64,000 nucleotides of DNA from Camelus ferus (Eukaryota). A program made the translations under genes and the position numbers. The stretch lies in the NCBI RefSeq assembly GCF_009834535.1, contig NC_045696.1, forward strand, positions 56,422,001 through 56,486,000. Direction: 5' to 3'. Each line of letters starts with the position of its first letter. Position 1 is the stretch's first letter. The notes beneath the pieces were generated by a model, which worked only from the letters and a program-made list of their open reading frames with translations, was not told where the DNA came from and searched no databases. Positions 53,040-64,000 of this stretch are shown one piece after another.

Positions 53040-54090
53040 GAAGACAGGTCCGTCACAATCGTGACAACCGAAGGCGCCAAGAGCAGGCGCGGGGCCCCGG
53101 GCCTCCCTGCTCTCAGGCAGGCACCAGCTCACCTCCTCAAGTTCTCGATCTCGGCCGGGATGCTCTGAAGTTGGTTGCCGCCCAAGCTGAGGGTCTGCAG
53201 CGCGCGCAGCTCCAGCAGAGAGGCGGGCACCTCCTGGAAGCAGTTTCCGCTGAGGTTGAGCACCTGGAGGCTGCGGCAGAGCGGCGACTGGGCCAGGCCC
53301 TTGGGCAGCGCGCCGGGCCCGCCAAGCCGGTTGTTCTTGGCCAGCAGCGTACGCAGGCCGCGCAGCGCCAGCAGCTCCGGCCCCAGCGCGGTCAGCGCGT
53401 TGCCGCTCACGTCCAACAGCTGGAGATGCGGGAAGCCGTTGCCCAGAGCCCGCGGCAGCGACACCAGACGGTTGTGCGGCAGCAGCAGCCGCAGCAGAGC
53501 CTCCCGCGCGCCGCGCCGCTCCTCGCCCCGCGCCTCCAGCTCCGACTCCAGGGTCTCGGGGGACACGCTAAACCGGGACAGATTCAGTTCCGCCTCTCCG
53601 GCCGCGATCACCGCGGCTCCGGCCTCCTCCATCCCAGCCGCCTCACCGGGCCGCGCGCGACCCACAGGCCGGGAGCTCCGCGGCGCCCCGGAACCTGAAC
53701 CGAGGGCTGCGTCGGAAGTGGCGCCGGCGGGCGCTAACCTCGCGCGCCCCCGACGAGTCACGGGACGCGACGCGAGGCGGCCGGGTGCGCGCGCCGCTCC
53801 GGGACCGGGACCGGGCTCCGCCTCCCGCGGCGCGCAGCGCAGAGAGGGTGCGCCGGGCGGGGTCGGAGACCCGGCGGTCCCAGGGATTACTCTGCGCGGC
53901 CTGCTGAGTTTGGGCGGCCGCGCTTTATAGTCCTTGCAGTCTGGTGACCTGTCTCCGGAGTCAAGGACCGCCCCAGTAAACAGCCGAGGATAGTTTGGTT
54001 TTTTGGCTTTGAGGGTTCGCGCGTCATGATGCACCGCCCACTTGGTTCCCGGTTTAGGAGTGGGGCCCCTAGTCTGCGGGGTCGGCGAGA
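53040..54090. promoter_or_regulatory. CpG island / promoter of LRRC58
   Basis: Very GC- and CpG-rich block covering exon 1 and upstream sequence. Contains an ETS/GABP-type CGGAAGTG at 53713-53720, GCGCGC tracts and GC-box-like motifs. Confidence 0.9.
53133..53632 (-). CDS. LRRC58: LRRC58 coding exon 1 (N-terminus and first LRRs)
   Basis: ATG at 53632-53630 in a good Kozak context (GGGATGG). Encodes LxxLxLxxNxL repeats (LQLLDVSGNAL, LRTLLAKNNRL, LQVLNLSGNCF, LQTLSLGGNQL). Ends TTGAGGAG|gtgagc, phase 2. Confidence 0.96.
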
Positions 54091-57000
54091 ACACAGGAAT
54101 TCAGTGGTGGTTCAGCTCCATGACAGCAAGCCCCAGGAATTTTTAAGTCCCAGGATTAACCAAGACGACTTTGAAGTGCGAAGACAGCTGAACTAGAAAT
54201 CAGAACTCTTGATCTTACCTCGGGTCAGCCTTGTTTCCTCCGACAAGGGATTTGATTTCTGTATCTCTATCCATAAAACATCCTTGCCTTGCTTGCCCTA
54301 CAGGATTAAAAAAAAAAAAAGCATTTTAAAAGGAATGTCTGTCAAATAAGGACGTTTCGCCATTTTAGCTGTAGAAGTACTTCTGCGGGTTTTTTTAGTT
54401 TAAGTTGTAGTGGCTAGAAATGAATTTGGGAGCCACGGAAGATTTTTTTGTTAATTTGAAATAGCTCAATTTTATTGATCGGTTTAAGAACACAGAAAGC
54501 ATTGAGATTTTACTTCAAGTTGAAACTACAACTTAACTGGGAAAATCCTGACTGGCTTTAATTTAGGACTTCCAATTAACATATTTTTTCCCTTGCCTTA
54601 AACTCAGTCTTTCCTGAAATTACTTTTTACAATTTTGAAAATCATGAATAGAAATGAGGAAAATATTTAGCGTATTTTTACAAAGCTAATGCATAAAATA
54701 TTCAAAGATTGTTCATAACCAGTGCCATTAAATTGCTTTCTTCCTAAAAAGGGAAATAAAGTAACTTTTTTCTTGCCAGTCGTTGGTGTGGGAAACTTTA
54801 TGCTTCTTACCCCCTGCCAAACTTTAACTTAATTTCTTTTTGAGTTATAGTTATGGGAGGATACACATTGTGAGTTTAAACTAGAGATGGAATGTTTTTA
54901 AAACCCATGGAGTGTTCTGAATTTGAAACTTGTTTTGAAAGGGTCCTTTAAAAAATTATATCTTGCTTTGGATCAAGATTACATTCTGGCAGAAACCTAA
55001 TATGTGAAAATTGCAAATATTTAAAATAGTACAGTCTTATGCTTTTAAAAATGTGTGTGTGTTTGTGATAAAAATAAACTGACAGGAATGTAATGTGAAA
55101 TGAGAAAAAATAATTCAAATATGATTCAGAAATAGAGTTAGGTTCACAAATCAGTGAAGTTAGAGGGGAAAAGATGGAATTAGCCTCAATAGTAGAGAAT
55201 GAAGCTACCTGGTAGACAGTTTTGAAGATAGACTGAAAGTAATGTGAGAATCCCCTTTCGGCTCATTTATAACCCTCTCTACCTCAGCTACCATGGATGC
55301 ATCTCTTTGCTGAAATGAGATGGGTCTAAATAAAGCAGCATCCCTCAACACTGCAGTGGGCCTTGAAACTACCCAGTCTGCTTAGAGAGTTCTGAAAACC
55401 CTCTGGGAACTGAAGGAGCTTTGGTGGCTAGTGAACCTCACAGTGATGGGGTCTGTCTTGGGGCCAGCTGAAGGAGAGGGCAGAGAGGCCGTGGGGACAC
55501 CGGAGAGCGTGAAGGGGAAAGGAGACAACGTGATGCGACGTCTAGGGAAAGGAAGATGGATTACAGGGAACTGGGGAAATACATGGTGTACTTGCCCACT
55601 TACAGGAACTTCACCGTTAAGTCAGTTTTAGGTCAAATTGACTGTTTCAAGATAGGTCTCCTGACTAGAATGTTACTGAAAAAAGAACAGAGACCAAGTG
55701 AAGGGCACTTCCTCCTTCAGCCATCCTGTCCATGTTTCCTGAGGGGGGGAACTGAATGTATTTACTACAGCCCTCCGTGAGATACAGCAAGCACTAAGTA
55801 AGTAGTGAGTACAGAAAAAAACAAAGCTGAGTGGAGAATCCTTTCATAAACTAGCTGGGAGGCAACATACTAAAGTAGAGAAAAAGTGGGCTTTGGCTTT
55901 TATCAGAGACAGGTTTCAAATCCCACCTCTGCAAATGAGATTTCTCTTACTTAATCTTGATTTTGTGACTTACTCTCTTTAAGCCTTGATCTCATTTGAT
56001 TATGATGAATATTGTCTGTTTCATAGGGTCAGTTTGAAGTAAATAATCCATAAGTAGTGGCAATTATTATTATTAGCAGTAATAGTAGTAATAGTTATTG
56101 TTATAACTATTACTGTCTCCCGCTTTATAGATCATCATCAGCGTAAAGAGAAACAAAGTTGAGAACAACCTTTACTCATGATGACACAATTTCTTACATA
56201 AACTGTGCTTTTCTGTTCTGGGCCAGACCATGTTTTCCAGATTATAATTTGAAAGGTTTGTCTGAACTTTCCTTGCCCTTGGTCTTGACACTCGAGATTT
56301 ATGCTTATTGTCCTCTCTATTTCCAGATTGTATCAGGACCTTGTACCTCCTAAACTGAACTCTTACCTCCATTCCAGCTACCTTGGATTCAGATAACTTT
56401 TCTGAACTACTGCTTTCATTATTTCAAGCTATCTCTCTCTCTTCCTCCCCTCCTAACCCTGAGTCTCTTCATTCATTATCAGATGAAGGTCAATGGCTTA
56501 GCCTAGCATGCAGGGTTTTGGATTATTTCCATTGCTGAGTCCCTCTCAGATTGATTTATCCAATTTGGCCTGAGGTGGTTTAAAGTTCTGCCATCTTCTT
56601 ACACAAACTGTAGTCCAAATCTCAAACAACAGTTACTCTCTGTTCAAGGCAGCATTGAAGGCAGAGGGAGCTGTAGTCTTTCAAGCCACCATGAGAAGGA
56701 ATTAGCCTTTATGTTTATAGGAGCGTAGAGTGAGTCTGCAGCCAGTTTTGTAATTTAAGGTCTACGATTTTGTTATTAGCAGTTCCTTCCTCTGCCTCAG
56801 TGTATTCTTTGCCATGGAATTGATAGATTTATATTAATTGGTAGACTAAGCTTTCCTGAATACCTTTCCCCTGCACCCAGTCTCTTTTGAAGTATGGGCT
56901 CTGTTTATTTTGCAGATTCAAATAATGACACGACATTTTTGGACATGGGTGTTTTTTACTAAGCATTTGTAAGAGCTGTGAAAGCATCCCCATCACTCCT

Positions 57001-57289
57001 TCCATTGAATTCACTTCATTTAGGGATTTTCTCACACCTGGTTAGGTGCTTTCCTTGGTGATTGTCTTGGGAATTTAAGTGGCTTTTAATCTTTAAAATT
57101 TTTTCCACTTGTTCAGCCTATGTTCCATAATTGGGTTGTTTTACTTTTTTATAGATAGCTAGTCATAACAACGACTATAACAAGCTAAAATACTGTTAGC
57201 CCCCAATTTATTCATTCAGAAATACTTACTGAGCACCTCTTGTGTGGAAGAAACTGAACTATGCGTTGGAGATGTATAGAGATAACCAA

Positions 57290-57500
57290 AACCAATGGCT
57301 AACATTTATTGTTTTCTCAGTGCCAGACACTATCCTAAGGGCTTTGTAGTTATTATTTTATTTAATCCTCATCCCCATTCTATAAGGTTATCCTCGTTTT
57401 ACAGACAAGAAAACTGAAGTATGAGAAAATTAAGTAACTTGCCACTTTACAGTTATGAAGGGGCTGGATATGAACATAACAGAATATGGCTTCAAAGTTT
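57290..57500 (-). mobile_element. MIR SINE remnant
   Basis: ggctaacatttattg...gtgccagacactatcctaaggg...tttaatcctca...tttacagacaagaaaactgaag. Confidence 0.75.
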
Positions 57501-57538
57501 ATGATTATGTCGAAATGCAATCACTGCCTTCAAGAGTA

Positions 57539-57629
57539 TATTTTTAATGACAAAAAGTGCTCACAAAACAGTTTAAGCAGCCGGACCCTAAACTGTATAC
57601 AAATTTAGTTATCTTAAAAAGTACACATA
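57539..57629 (+). repeat. Copy of a ~92-bp direct duplication (partner 60953-61044)
   Basis: Three substitutions and one 1-bp indel versus 60953-61044 by manual alignment. Confidence 0.93.
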
Positions 57630-57639
57630 GAGGTTTATA

Positions 57640-58536
57640 GTATAATAAAAATAACAGAGATTAAACATGAACCCATAAACCCCCAAATAATCCAATATAA
57701 AAGTGGGCAAAAGGTCTGATAGACTTTTCTCCAAAGAAGATCTAGGAATAACCAATAAGTAAACGAAAAGATGCTCAGTATCATTAGCAAATGCAAATCA
57801 AAACCACGAAGAGATACTGCTCACACCCACTAGGATAGCTAAAAGATAGACAATGACTGCTCAGGAGGATATGGAGAAATTGGAATCCTCATATACTGCT
57901 GGTGGGGATGTAAAATGGTGCAGCCACTTTGGAAAATAGTCTTGGTAGTTCCTCAAAAGGTTAAAAAATAGAATTACCATGTGACCCAGCAATTCCACTC
58001 CTAGGTATATATCCAAGAGAACTGAAAAGACATATCCAACAAAAATTTGTGCACAGATGTTCATAGCCACATTATTATCATAGCCAGAAAGTGGAAACAA
58101 CCCGAATTTCTATAAGCTGATGAATTGATAAATAAAATGTGTTTATCCATAAATGGAATATTATTTAGCAATAAAAATGAAGTACTGATATATGTTACAA
58201 TATGGGTCATTCTTGAAAACATGAAAACACATAAAAGGAAGAAACCAGTTACATACATACCACAGGACATATGAGTCCATTTACATGAACCATCCAAAAC
58301 AGGCAAATCTGTGGAAATAAAAAATAGATTAATGGTTTCCAGGGGCTGGAGAGAAGGGGGAATGGGGAATGACTGCTAATGGGCAGAATTTCTTTTGGGG
58401 GTGATGAAAACATTTTTAAGCTGATTGTGATGATGTTTGTACAACTCTGTGAATATACTAAAACCATTGAACTATACACTTTAACTAGATGAAGTGTGTG
58501 ATATGTGAACTTTATCTCAATAAAGCTGTTATAAAC
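57640..58536 (+). mobile_element. L1MB-like 3' fragment (ORF2 C-terminus and 3' UTR)
   Basis: aaatgcaaatcaaaaccac...ggtggggatgtaaaatggtgcagccactttggaaaa...gacccagcaattccactcctaggtatat...ctcaataaagctgtt. Confidence 0.9.
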
Positions 58537-59499
58537 CAAGTAATTAAAATATTAACTGTCATATAGATTCATAACCAAATACTATGAAAATTCAGAAAGA
58601 AGAGACCGTTTCAGGCTGCTGCAATTAGGAAAGCCTTCATTGGGTAGTGGGGTTTTAGTAGAGATGGGATGAGGCATGTGAAATTGGAGGAAAAGAAATG
58701 AAGAAGGTTATTTCTTGAGAAAGAATGTCAACAACAAGAAGGAAAGCATATGCCTGGGTAATGATGAAGGGTCTAGTTTGGCTGGTGTGCTTGGAGTGGT
58801 GGTTACAATAGCCAAGTGTTGGCGCACTTTAGAGAATAATAGCAGAAAATATTTTAAATTGTAACTTTGCCCCCTAAATGTAAGGTGTACTGTTATGGTA
58901 TCGTATAAAGGAGCGGTAAAGCTTGAAATGGTAAGTTGGCCTAGATCATGGAGGGAGAGGTATGAATACTAGGTCAGGAGAACATCTCTGATTCTTTCCT
59001 TACTGAAAGCTCAAAATCCCGTTTCCTTATTAGCTCATCTAGACATTGATGAAAAGACTGCCAGGCTTAGGGGAGCCTGTGGAATGTGGCACCTGTAGAA
59101 AAGCCTTATATCTGAGTACAAAGTATCCTTCCCAGTTTCTTCGGATTGTGGTAATATCACGATGTTTCTCTTCTGCATCAAGCCCTATGGCAGGAATTAC
59201 AGAAGTGATATGAATTGACTGCAATTATTTCATTCCATTATATTCCATTCCACAGTTATTTTATTGAGCAGCTGTGTAAAAGATCTATGTTGGATGTTGC
59301 AGGAGCTCAACAGTTCATGTTTGTAGATGTAGCTCTAAGTTTATTTTGAAACTTCGTAGGTGTTTCCTTCTTCCATCCTTCCTGAGAGGTTCTAGAGATG
59401 CAAAGGGAGGAACTACTTCACTCACAGTCAAATGGGGCCAGGGATCCAGAGTATAGCTGCCTCTGGCAGACCCCCAGCAGAAAGCCTCCTGTTCTTGTC

Positions 59500-59623
59500 T
59501 TTTTTTTTCTTTTTTTCAATTGAAGTACAGTAAGTTATAATGTGTCAATTTCTGGTGTACAGCACAATGTCCCAGTCATACATATACATACCTATATTCG
59601 TTTTCATATACTTTTTCATTAAA
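59500..59623 (-). mobile_element. Short younger L1 3' end, same type as 1354-1534
   Basis: T-rich tail followed by caattgaagtacag...tgtgtcaatttctggtgtacagcacaatg...cagtcatac. Confidence 0.8.
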
Positions 59624-60536
59624 ACCCTCTGTAGTGTTGTCATCTATAGTCCACCTGGGCTGCGTGTGGAGTGTAAGGACTAGGGCAACCTGGTTCAGCC
59701 CCAGACCCAGTCATCCATTTGCAGTGGTGGTGGGTGAGGGAAAGGCCACCACTGAACTTGAGTTTAAAAGTTAATCAGAAAGACTTTGAACAGGAGACAC
59801 AAACCATACTTATCCCTAAGAGGAAGAGAATAGAGAATAAATCTCATTTGCTCTCCTTCCTGTACCCTCACTCTCTGTACCACATTATATGTGTAAGATC
59901 TGTCTGTACATTTCTTTATTTTTCCAGTTATGAAGTATTTATCATAATGTAAATGGAAAAGGTCACTACAGAAAATTCAGAGAAATGTAATAAAAACAAC
60001 CAAAATCACACATCATAATAATCACTGCTAACATTTTGGTGTATTTCCTTCCTTTTCTATGTACATATAATTTCCCCCCACAAAGTTGGAATCATATATA
60101 TGTGTAAACATACATTAAGTTTTGTATTTTGATTTTTTTTGCTAATTCTCCAATATTGGACATGATGGTGTTCTTTTAGTTCCACTTTTCAGCCACAATG
60201 CCTTGCAAACACTTTTTTTAGCCAACAAATACAGCTATTAGAAACATGAACACTCGCAGAGCTCTTTGCTGAGCTTTTGCTGCAACAGTGTGGTAATCAC
60301 AGCAGCACCAAGCCCTCCCCCTGGGCACTGCCACACAGCCATCCCTTTGAAGACATGCTGACTCCGCCTCACCACCTTGCTTCTCACCTGGCTGATCAGA
60401 AGGACCAGCAGTGACACAGGTAAGCTCTTACAATGAAGAGACTATTTATTTGGGAGAAATTGTTGGCCATGATTGTGAACCAGAGAGCCAAATGTGACTG
60501 AAGTGTTTGGGTATATCCTCCAACTGCATGTGGTCC

Positions 60537-60699
60537 CTTTACATGTATGCCTCTACATCGAGCTAGTTCATAGTCTCCTCGTAGTTTTCCTGTAGATGAG
60601 AGGTGAAAAGGGTGTAAGGCCTGGAGACAATACCTGGGTGCACTGCTGGAATTTTCTGTTTTGGTGGAGTTCATACTCATCTTTCGTAGTTTATGAATT
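60537..60699 (+). repeat. Left copy of a 163-bp inverted duplication (partner 63762-63924)
   Basis: Ungapped alignment to the reverse complement of 63762-63924 with 11 mismatches by manual count. Confidence 0.95.
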
Positions 60700-61934
60700 T
60701 TATTTTTCTGTTTTTCCTTCTTTTTGTCTTTTTCCTGTTATACAGTGAAAATTTGTTAAAATGTTACACTAGATTAAATTTAATTTTGTTAATGCAATAA
60801 ACACGTATTGGGGCTGTACAACACGTGGAACACAATGACGGACATATGAAAGACAAGAGGACGTAGGCAGACCCTTAGGGAATTTACAGTCTAGTAGGGG
60901 TGATAAGCTATGCAAACAAATAACTATCAAAGTGCAGACCAGGTTATAGGGTTATTTTTAATGACAAAGAAGTGCTCACAAAACTGTTTAAGCAGCTGGA
61001 CCCTAAACTGTATACAAATTTAGTTACCTTAAAAAGTACACATACAGGAGACTGAGAAACAATACTCCAAAATGGAAATCGTGGTTGTCTGGGTGATGGA
61101 CGTAAAAGTAATGATAATATACTTTATTCTTTTCTATTTTTCTAATATTTTAAAACTGAATATGTGTTACTATTAGAATCATAAAAAATAAGCTCTATTA
61201 AATGTGTGAGAGTATTATATAAAAATACAAAATACAATAGAAGTGCAGAGGAGAAAATTTTATCTCTGACTGGGGTTGGAGGAAATGGGAAGGCTTTAGG
61301 ATTTATGTCTTTTATGATGATGAAAAGCTTTTAATCTTGGAAATAGATAATGAAATTTCATTGAGTTGAAAAGGCATTTTATATTCCTACAACTTTTTTC
61401 CTCTATGACATTTGACTACAGTCTCTCTCTGTTAACTATCTATAGTTCTAATAGCTGTTATCTGGCATACTGCCTTTTATATTTTATATTATTTTAGATA
61501 TCTTAAAAATTTTTTTGCTACATATACCATAGAGATATTTTCTAAGTTAGCAGTTGCTGGCAATCACTAGTCATATTCCTAATCAGAGTATATAGTCTTG
61601 GCAATGAATCTTTCTATTTGTCCCACTAACCCCAGAAATGCTTTATTTGGACATTTGCTGGCAAGGGCTGCTCGTTTATCCTCTTGTTCTTTTGAAGAAA
61701 TCTGTGTCTGTTAATATTCAACCCACAGAGCACATATTCTCCAGGGTCCAATAGGCCTCTAGGAAAAAGACTTTTTGTAATATTCCACAAGCCATCTGCT
61801 TCATCAGCAATGAGCTTCCTGTTCTTTTGGTGGACATCCTGGTTGACCCGACTTCCCACGGTGTGTGATGAAGTTGTAGGGGTTGGTCAGGACAGAATTT
61901 AGGTGACATGCACAGGCTTCAGCTAACCTGAAAG

Positions 61935-62120
61935 GTGAGAGTCTTGGTTCTGTGTGACCTTGCTGAATTATTTACCCTCTCTATGTCTTAGTTTCCTTAC
62001 TTAGAAAATGGATATAATGAAAAAGAAAAAAATGGAATTAATAATACTAACCATTTCCTAGGCTTATTTTGACGATTAAAATTAGCATTTGTTAACATTT
62101 GATATATAGCTGCTATTATT
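61935..62120 (+). mobile_element. MIR SINE remnant
   Basis: ctgtgtgaccttgctgaattatttaccctctctatgtcttagtttccttacttagaaaatgg matches the MIR core. Confidence 0.7.
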
Positions 62121-63682
62121 CTGATGTATCACAGACCTGGTAGGTTGTGGGGTTATTTTTGCTCCTTAATAGATTATAAGAAGAGGCAGAGTTTTGGTTG
62201 ATAAGTGAGTAGTGGGGGGGGGGGGCAGATGAGGGTGGTGTGACGGGGATTGTGCCAGGAAAAGAGGGTATGAACAGCACTATATAACTTCAGGATGGTA
62301 CTGGTGGAACTCGAGGTATGAGAGAGTAGTGAGAGATGAGACCAGAGAGAGGGACTGAATCCAGACTGTCAGTAGGGTTGCCTTTACCTGCTGTAGCTGT
62401 GCATTTATATCAGAGCTTCTTGAAGGGGCTGAGTGTTCCCTAAGTCCTTTCTCCCACCCTGTCCAGAGCCGTCCCAGGCTTGTTAATACCCTTCCCATTA
62501 AAGTGTGTCCCTGGCTGGGCAGATATGTTTAGTACTGTCTCTTGGTTATGTTCTCCTTTTGGGAAACATTGCTCCATAACTTCTCAGATACACCTGTAAT
62601 CTACTGGTTATGCCTCCCCTACTGCTGACTTTCCCCCAGCAACATCCAGAAAGGCCAGCAACAATTGCTTGGGAAGTTGTCATTAACCCCCTCAAACATC
62701 ATCTTAAGGCCCACTCTGATCCAAATGAATTCAAATGTGACTCACCTATAGAGATCTATTTGCATTTTATAGTAATAGAGTTCCAGATTCATACAGCAAA
62801 TCAAACAAATCTGCATAGGATCAGCTTGGGTGAACTTGACTCAGTGGACAATCCCACATGGAATGTCGAAGTGCTGGAAGCCTGTCTGCTAAGGGTGCAT
62901 CTGGTGGGCATGGAGCCTGGAGGTGGGGCCTGGGGGGCCTTCCTTGGATCCAGCAGGGTTGGGGCTGGGTTATGCTGGCTCACACTCTTTTTTAGCTGAA
63001 GCGTATTTCCTGCCTTTCTCTTTTTTCCTTCCAGATTGTCTTTCTTTTTGGTGATTATCAACATACATCTACTTGTCCATGATATAGGTGAGTCACTTTT
63101 CAAAAAATCTTTGTGGGTATTGCTGAAACAACTTTGGAGATAGGGAGGTAAATAGTGGTTTGGAGATTAGAAAAAAACAAGCACATGACTTCATCTCTCT
63201 GAACCTTACTTAGTCTTTTCATTCTTTAGATGTGAGTAACAATGCTGTATTTGTTTCACGGGAAATGGTGAAGAACAGATGGGAAAATATAACAGACCCA
63301 AATTGTAAAGCATTATTGTTTATTCTATTTCCATTTTTTTTAAATGAGAAAAGCCTCCCCATCCCCACCCCCAATCTGATTTGTCCGCTTGAGGCCATAT
63401 CTGGGTAACTACACTTATTCACATCTATAATTTGAACTCCTACCATGAAAAAAAAAACTAGACAGGCATCCGCACTTAAAGTGGTAAGTGCCAGTTTAGG
63501 GAATAGTATCACAGAATATTTGTGATCAGGTCTGCCTAAAAAATCTGGATGGGCAGTCAACACAGGGTTTGTGTAACTTTTTCTACTCAATTCTTCAAAA
63601 ACATGGAGATGAATAGTATATAGATATTGAAAATGTTAATGTCATTTAGCTAACTGAAAGTATATATGCAAAATTTTAAAAA

Positions 63683-64000
63683 TTTTTGGGAGGGAGGTAA
63701 TTAGGTTTATTTATGTATCTTTAAATTATTATTATTATTATTAATTTTTTAGTGGATTTACAATTCATAAACTACTAAAGATGAGTATCAACTCCACCAA
63801 AACAAAAAATTCCAGCAGTGCACCCAGGTATCGTCTCCAGGGCTTACACCCTTTTCACCTCTCGTCTACAGGAAAACTACGAGAAGACTACGAACGAGCT
63901 CGAGGTAGGGGCATACATGTAAAGTGGATGTACTGAGGATTGAACCCAGGACCTCGCGCATGCTAAGCATGCACTCTACCACTGAGCTATACCCTCCCCC
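63683..64000 (-). mobile_element. tRNA-derived SINE (vic-1 type, camelid), interrupted by a 163-bp insert
   Basis: Minus-strand head GGGGGAGGGTATAGCTCAGTGGTAGAGTGCATGCTTAGCATGCGCGAGGTCCTGGGTTCAATCCTCAGTAC contains Pol III A box (TAGCTCAGTGG) and B box (GGTTCAATCC). Tail ...TAAATAAACCTAATTACCTCCC. The 5' flank lies beyond the window edge. Confidence 0.88.

Larger units (their letters stand above)
39548..53632 (-). other. LRRC58: LRRC58 coding span (start codon to stop codon, 4 coding exons, 371 aa leucine-rich repeat protein 58)
   Basis: Exons of 500+129+278+209 nt = 1116 nt join in frame across GT-AG introns to give MEEAGAAVIAAGEAELNLSR...RMQKVLLG*. Sequence and length match LRRC58 as I recall it. 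Confidence 0.96.

Noticed and set aside
53171..53930. Plus-strand ORFs of 175 aa and 251 aa
   Set aside because: Antisense shadows of the GC-rich LRRC58 exon 1 and its CpG island.
54022..54036. TGATGCACC upstream of LRRC58 as an ATF4 amino-acid response element
   Set aside because: It does not match the TGATGxAAx core.
63930..64000. Apparent tRNA gene
   Set aside because: It has A/B boxes but continues into a SINE tail and lacks a proper acceptor stem, so it is a tRNA-derived SINE head.
1..64000. CRISPR arrays, operons or other prokaryote-type systems
   Set aside because: The sequence is mammalian (spliced gene, LINEs/SINEs, CpG depletion), and no regularly spaced repeat array was seen.

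Overview
Mammalian genomic DNA, most likely camelid: a vic-1-type tRNA-derived SINE and camelid-style L1 3' ends are present, and I saw no Alu, Bov-A/BovB or PRE-1 elements. One complete protein-coding gene is present, LRRC58 on the minus strand. It has four coding exons (53632-53133, 43600-43472, 42818-42541, 39756-39548; 1116 nt = 371 aa, all introns GT-AG), a CpG-island promoter at ~53.0-54.1 kb and an inferred ~6 kb 3' UTR with repeated miR-124 and Pumilio motifs. A second CpG island at ~11.3-11.8 kb has minus-strand splice donors; by recalled synteny it is probably the promoter and non-coding first exon of GPR156. The rest is intronic or intergenic DNA rich in L1, L2, MIR and DNA-transposon remnants. 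The most unusual observations are small insertion events: a 163-bp inverted copy of nearby sequence embedded in a SINE, a second ~92-bp local duplication at the 5' edge of an L1, a tailless 5'-half tRNA-Glu retrocopy with an 18-bp target-site duplication (TSD), a TSD-flanked polyadenylated LTR-like fragment, a solitary poly(A) insertion and an inverted L1. I found no convincing novel multi-gene system. Repeat family names and boundaries come from pattern recognition without RepeatMasker and are approximate.
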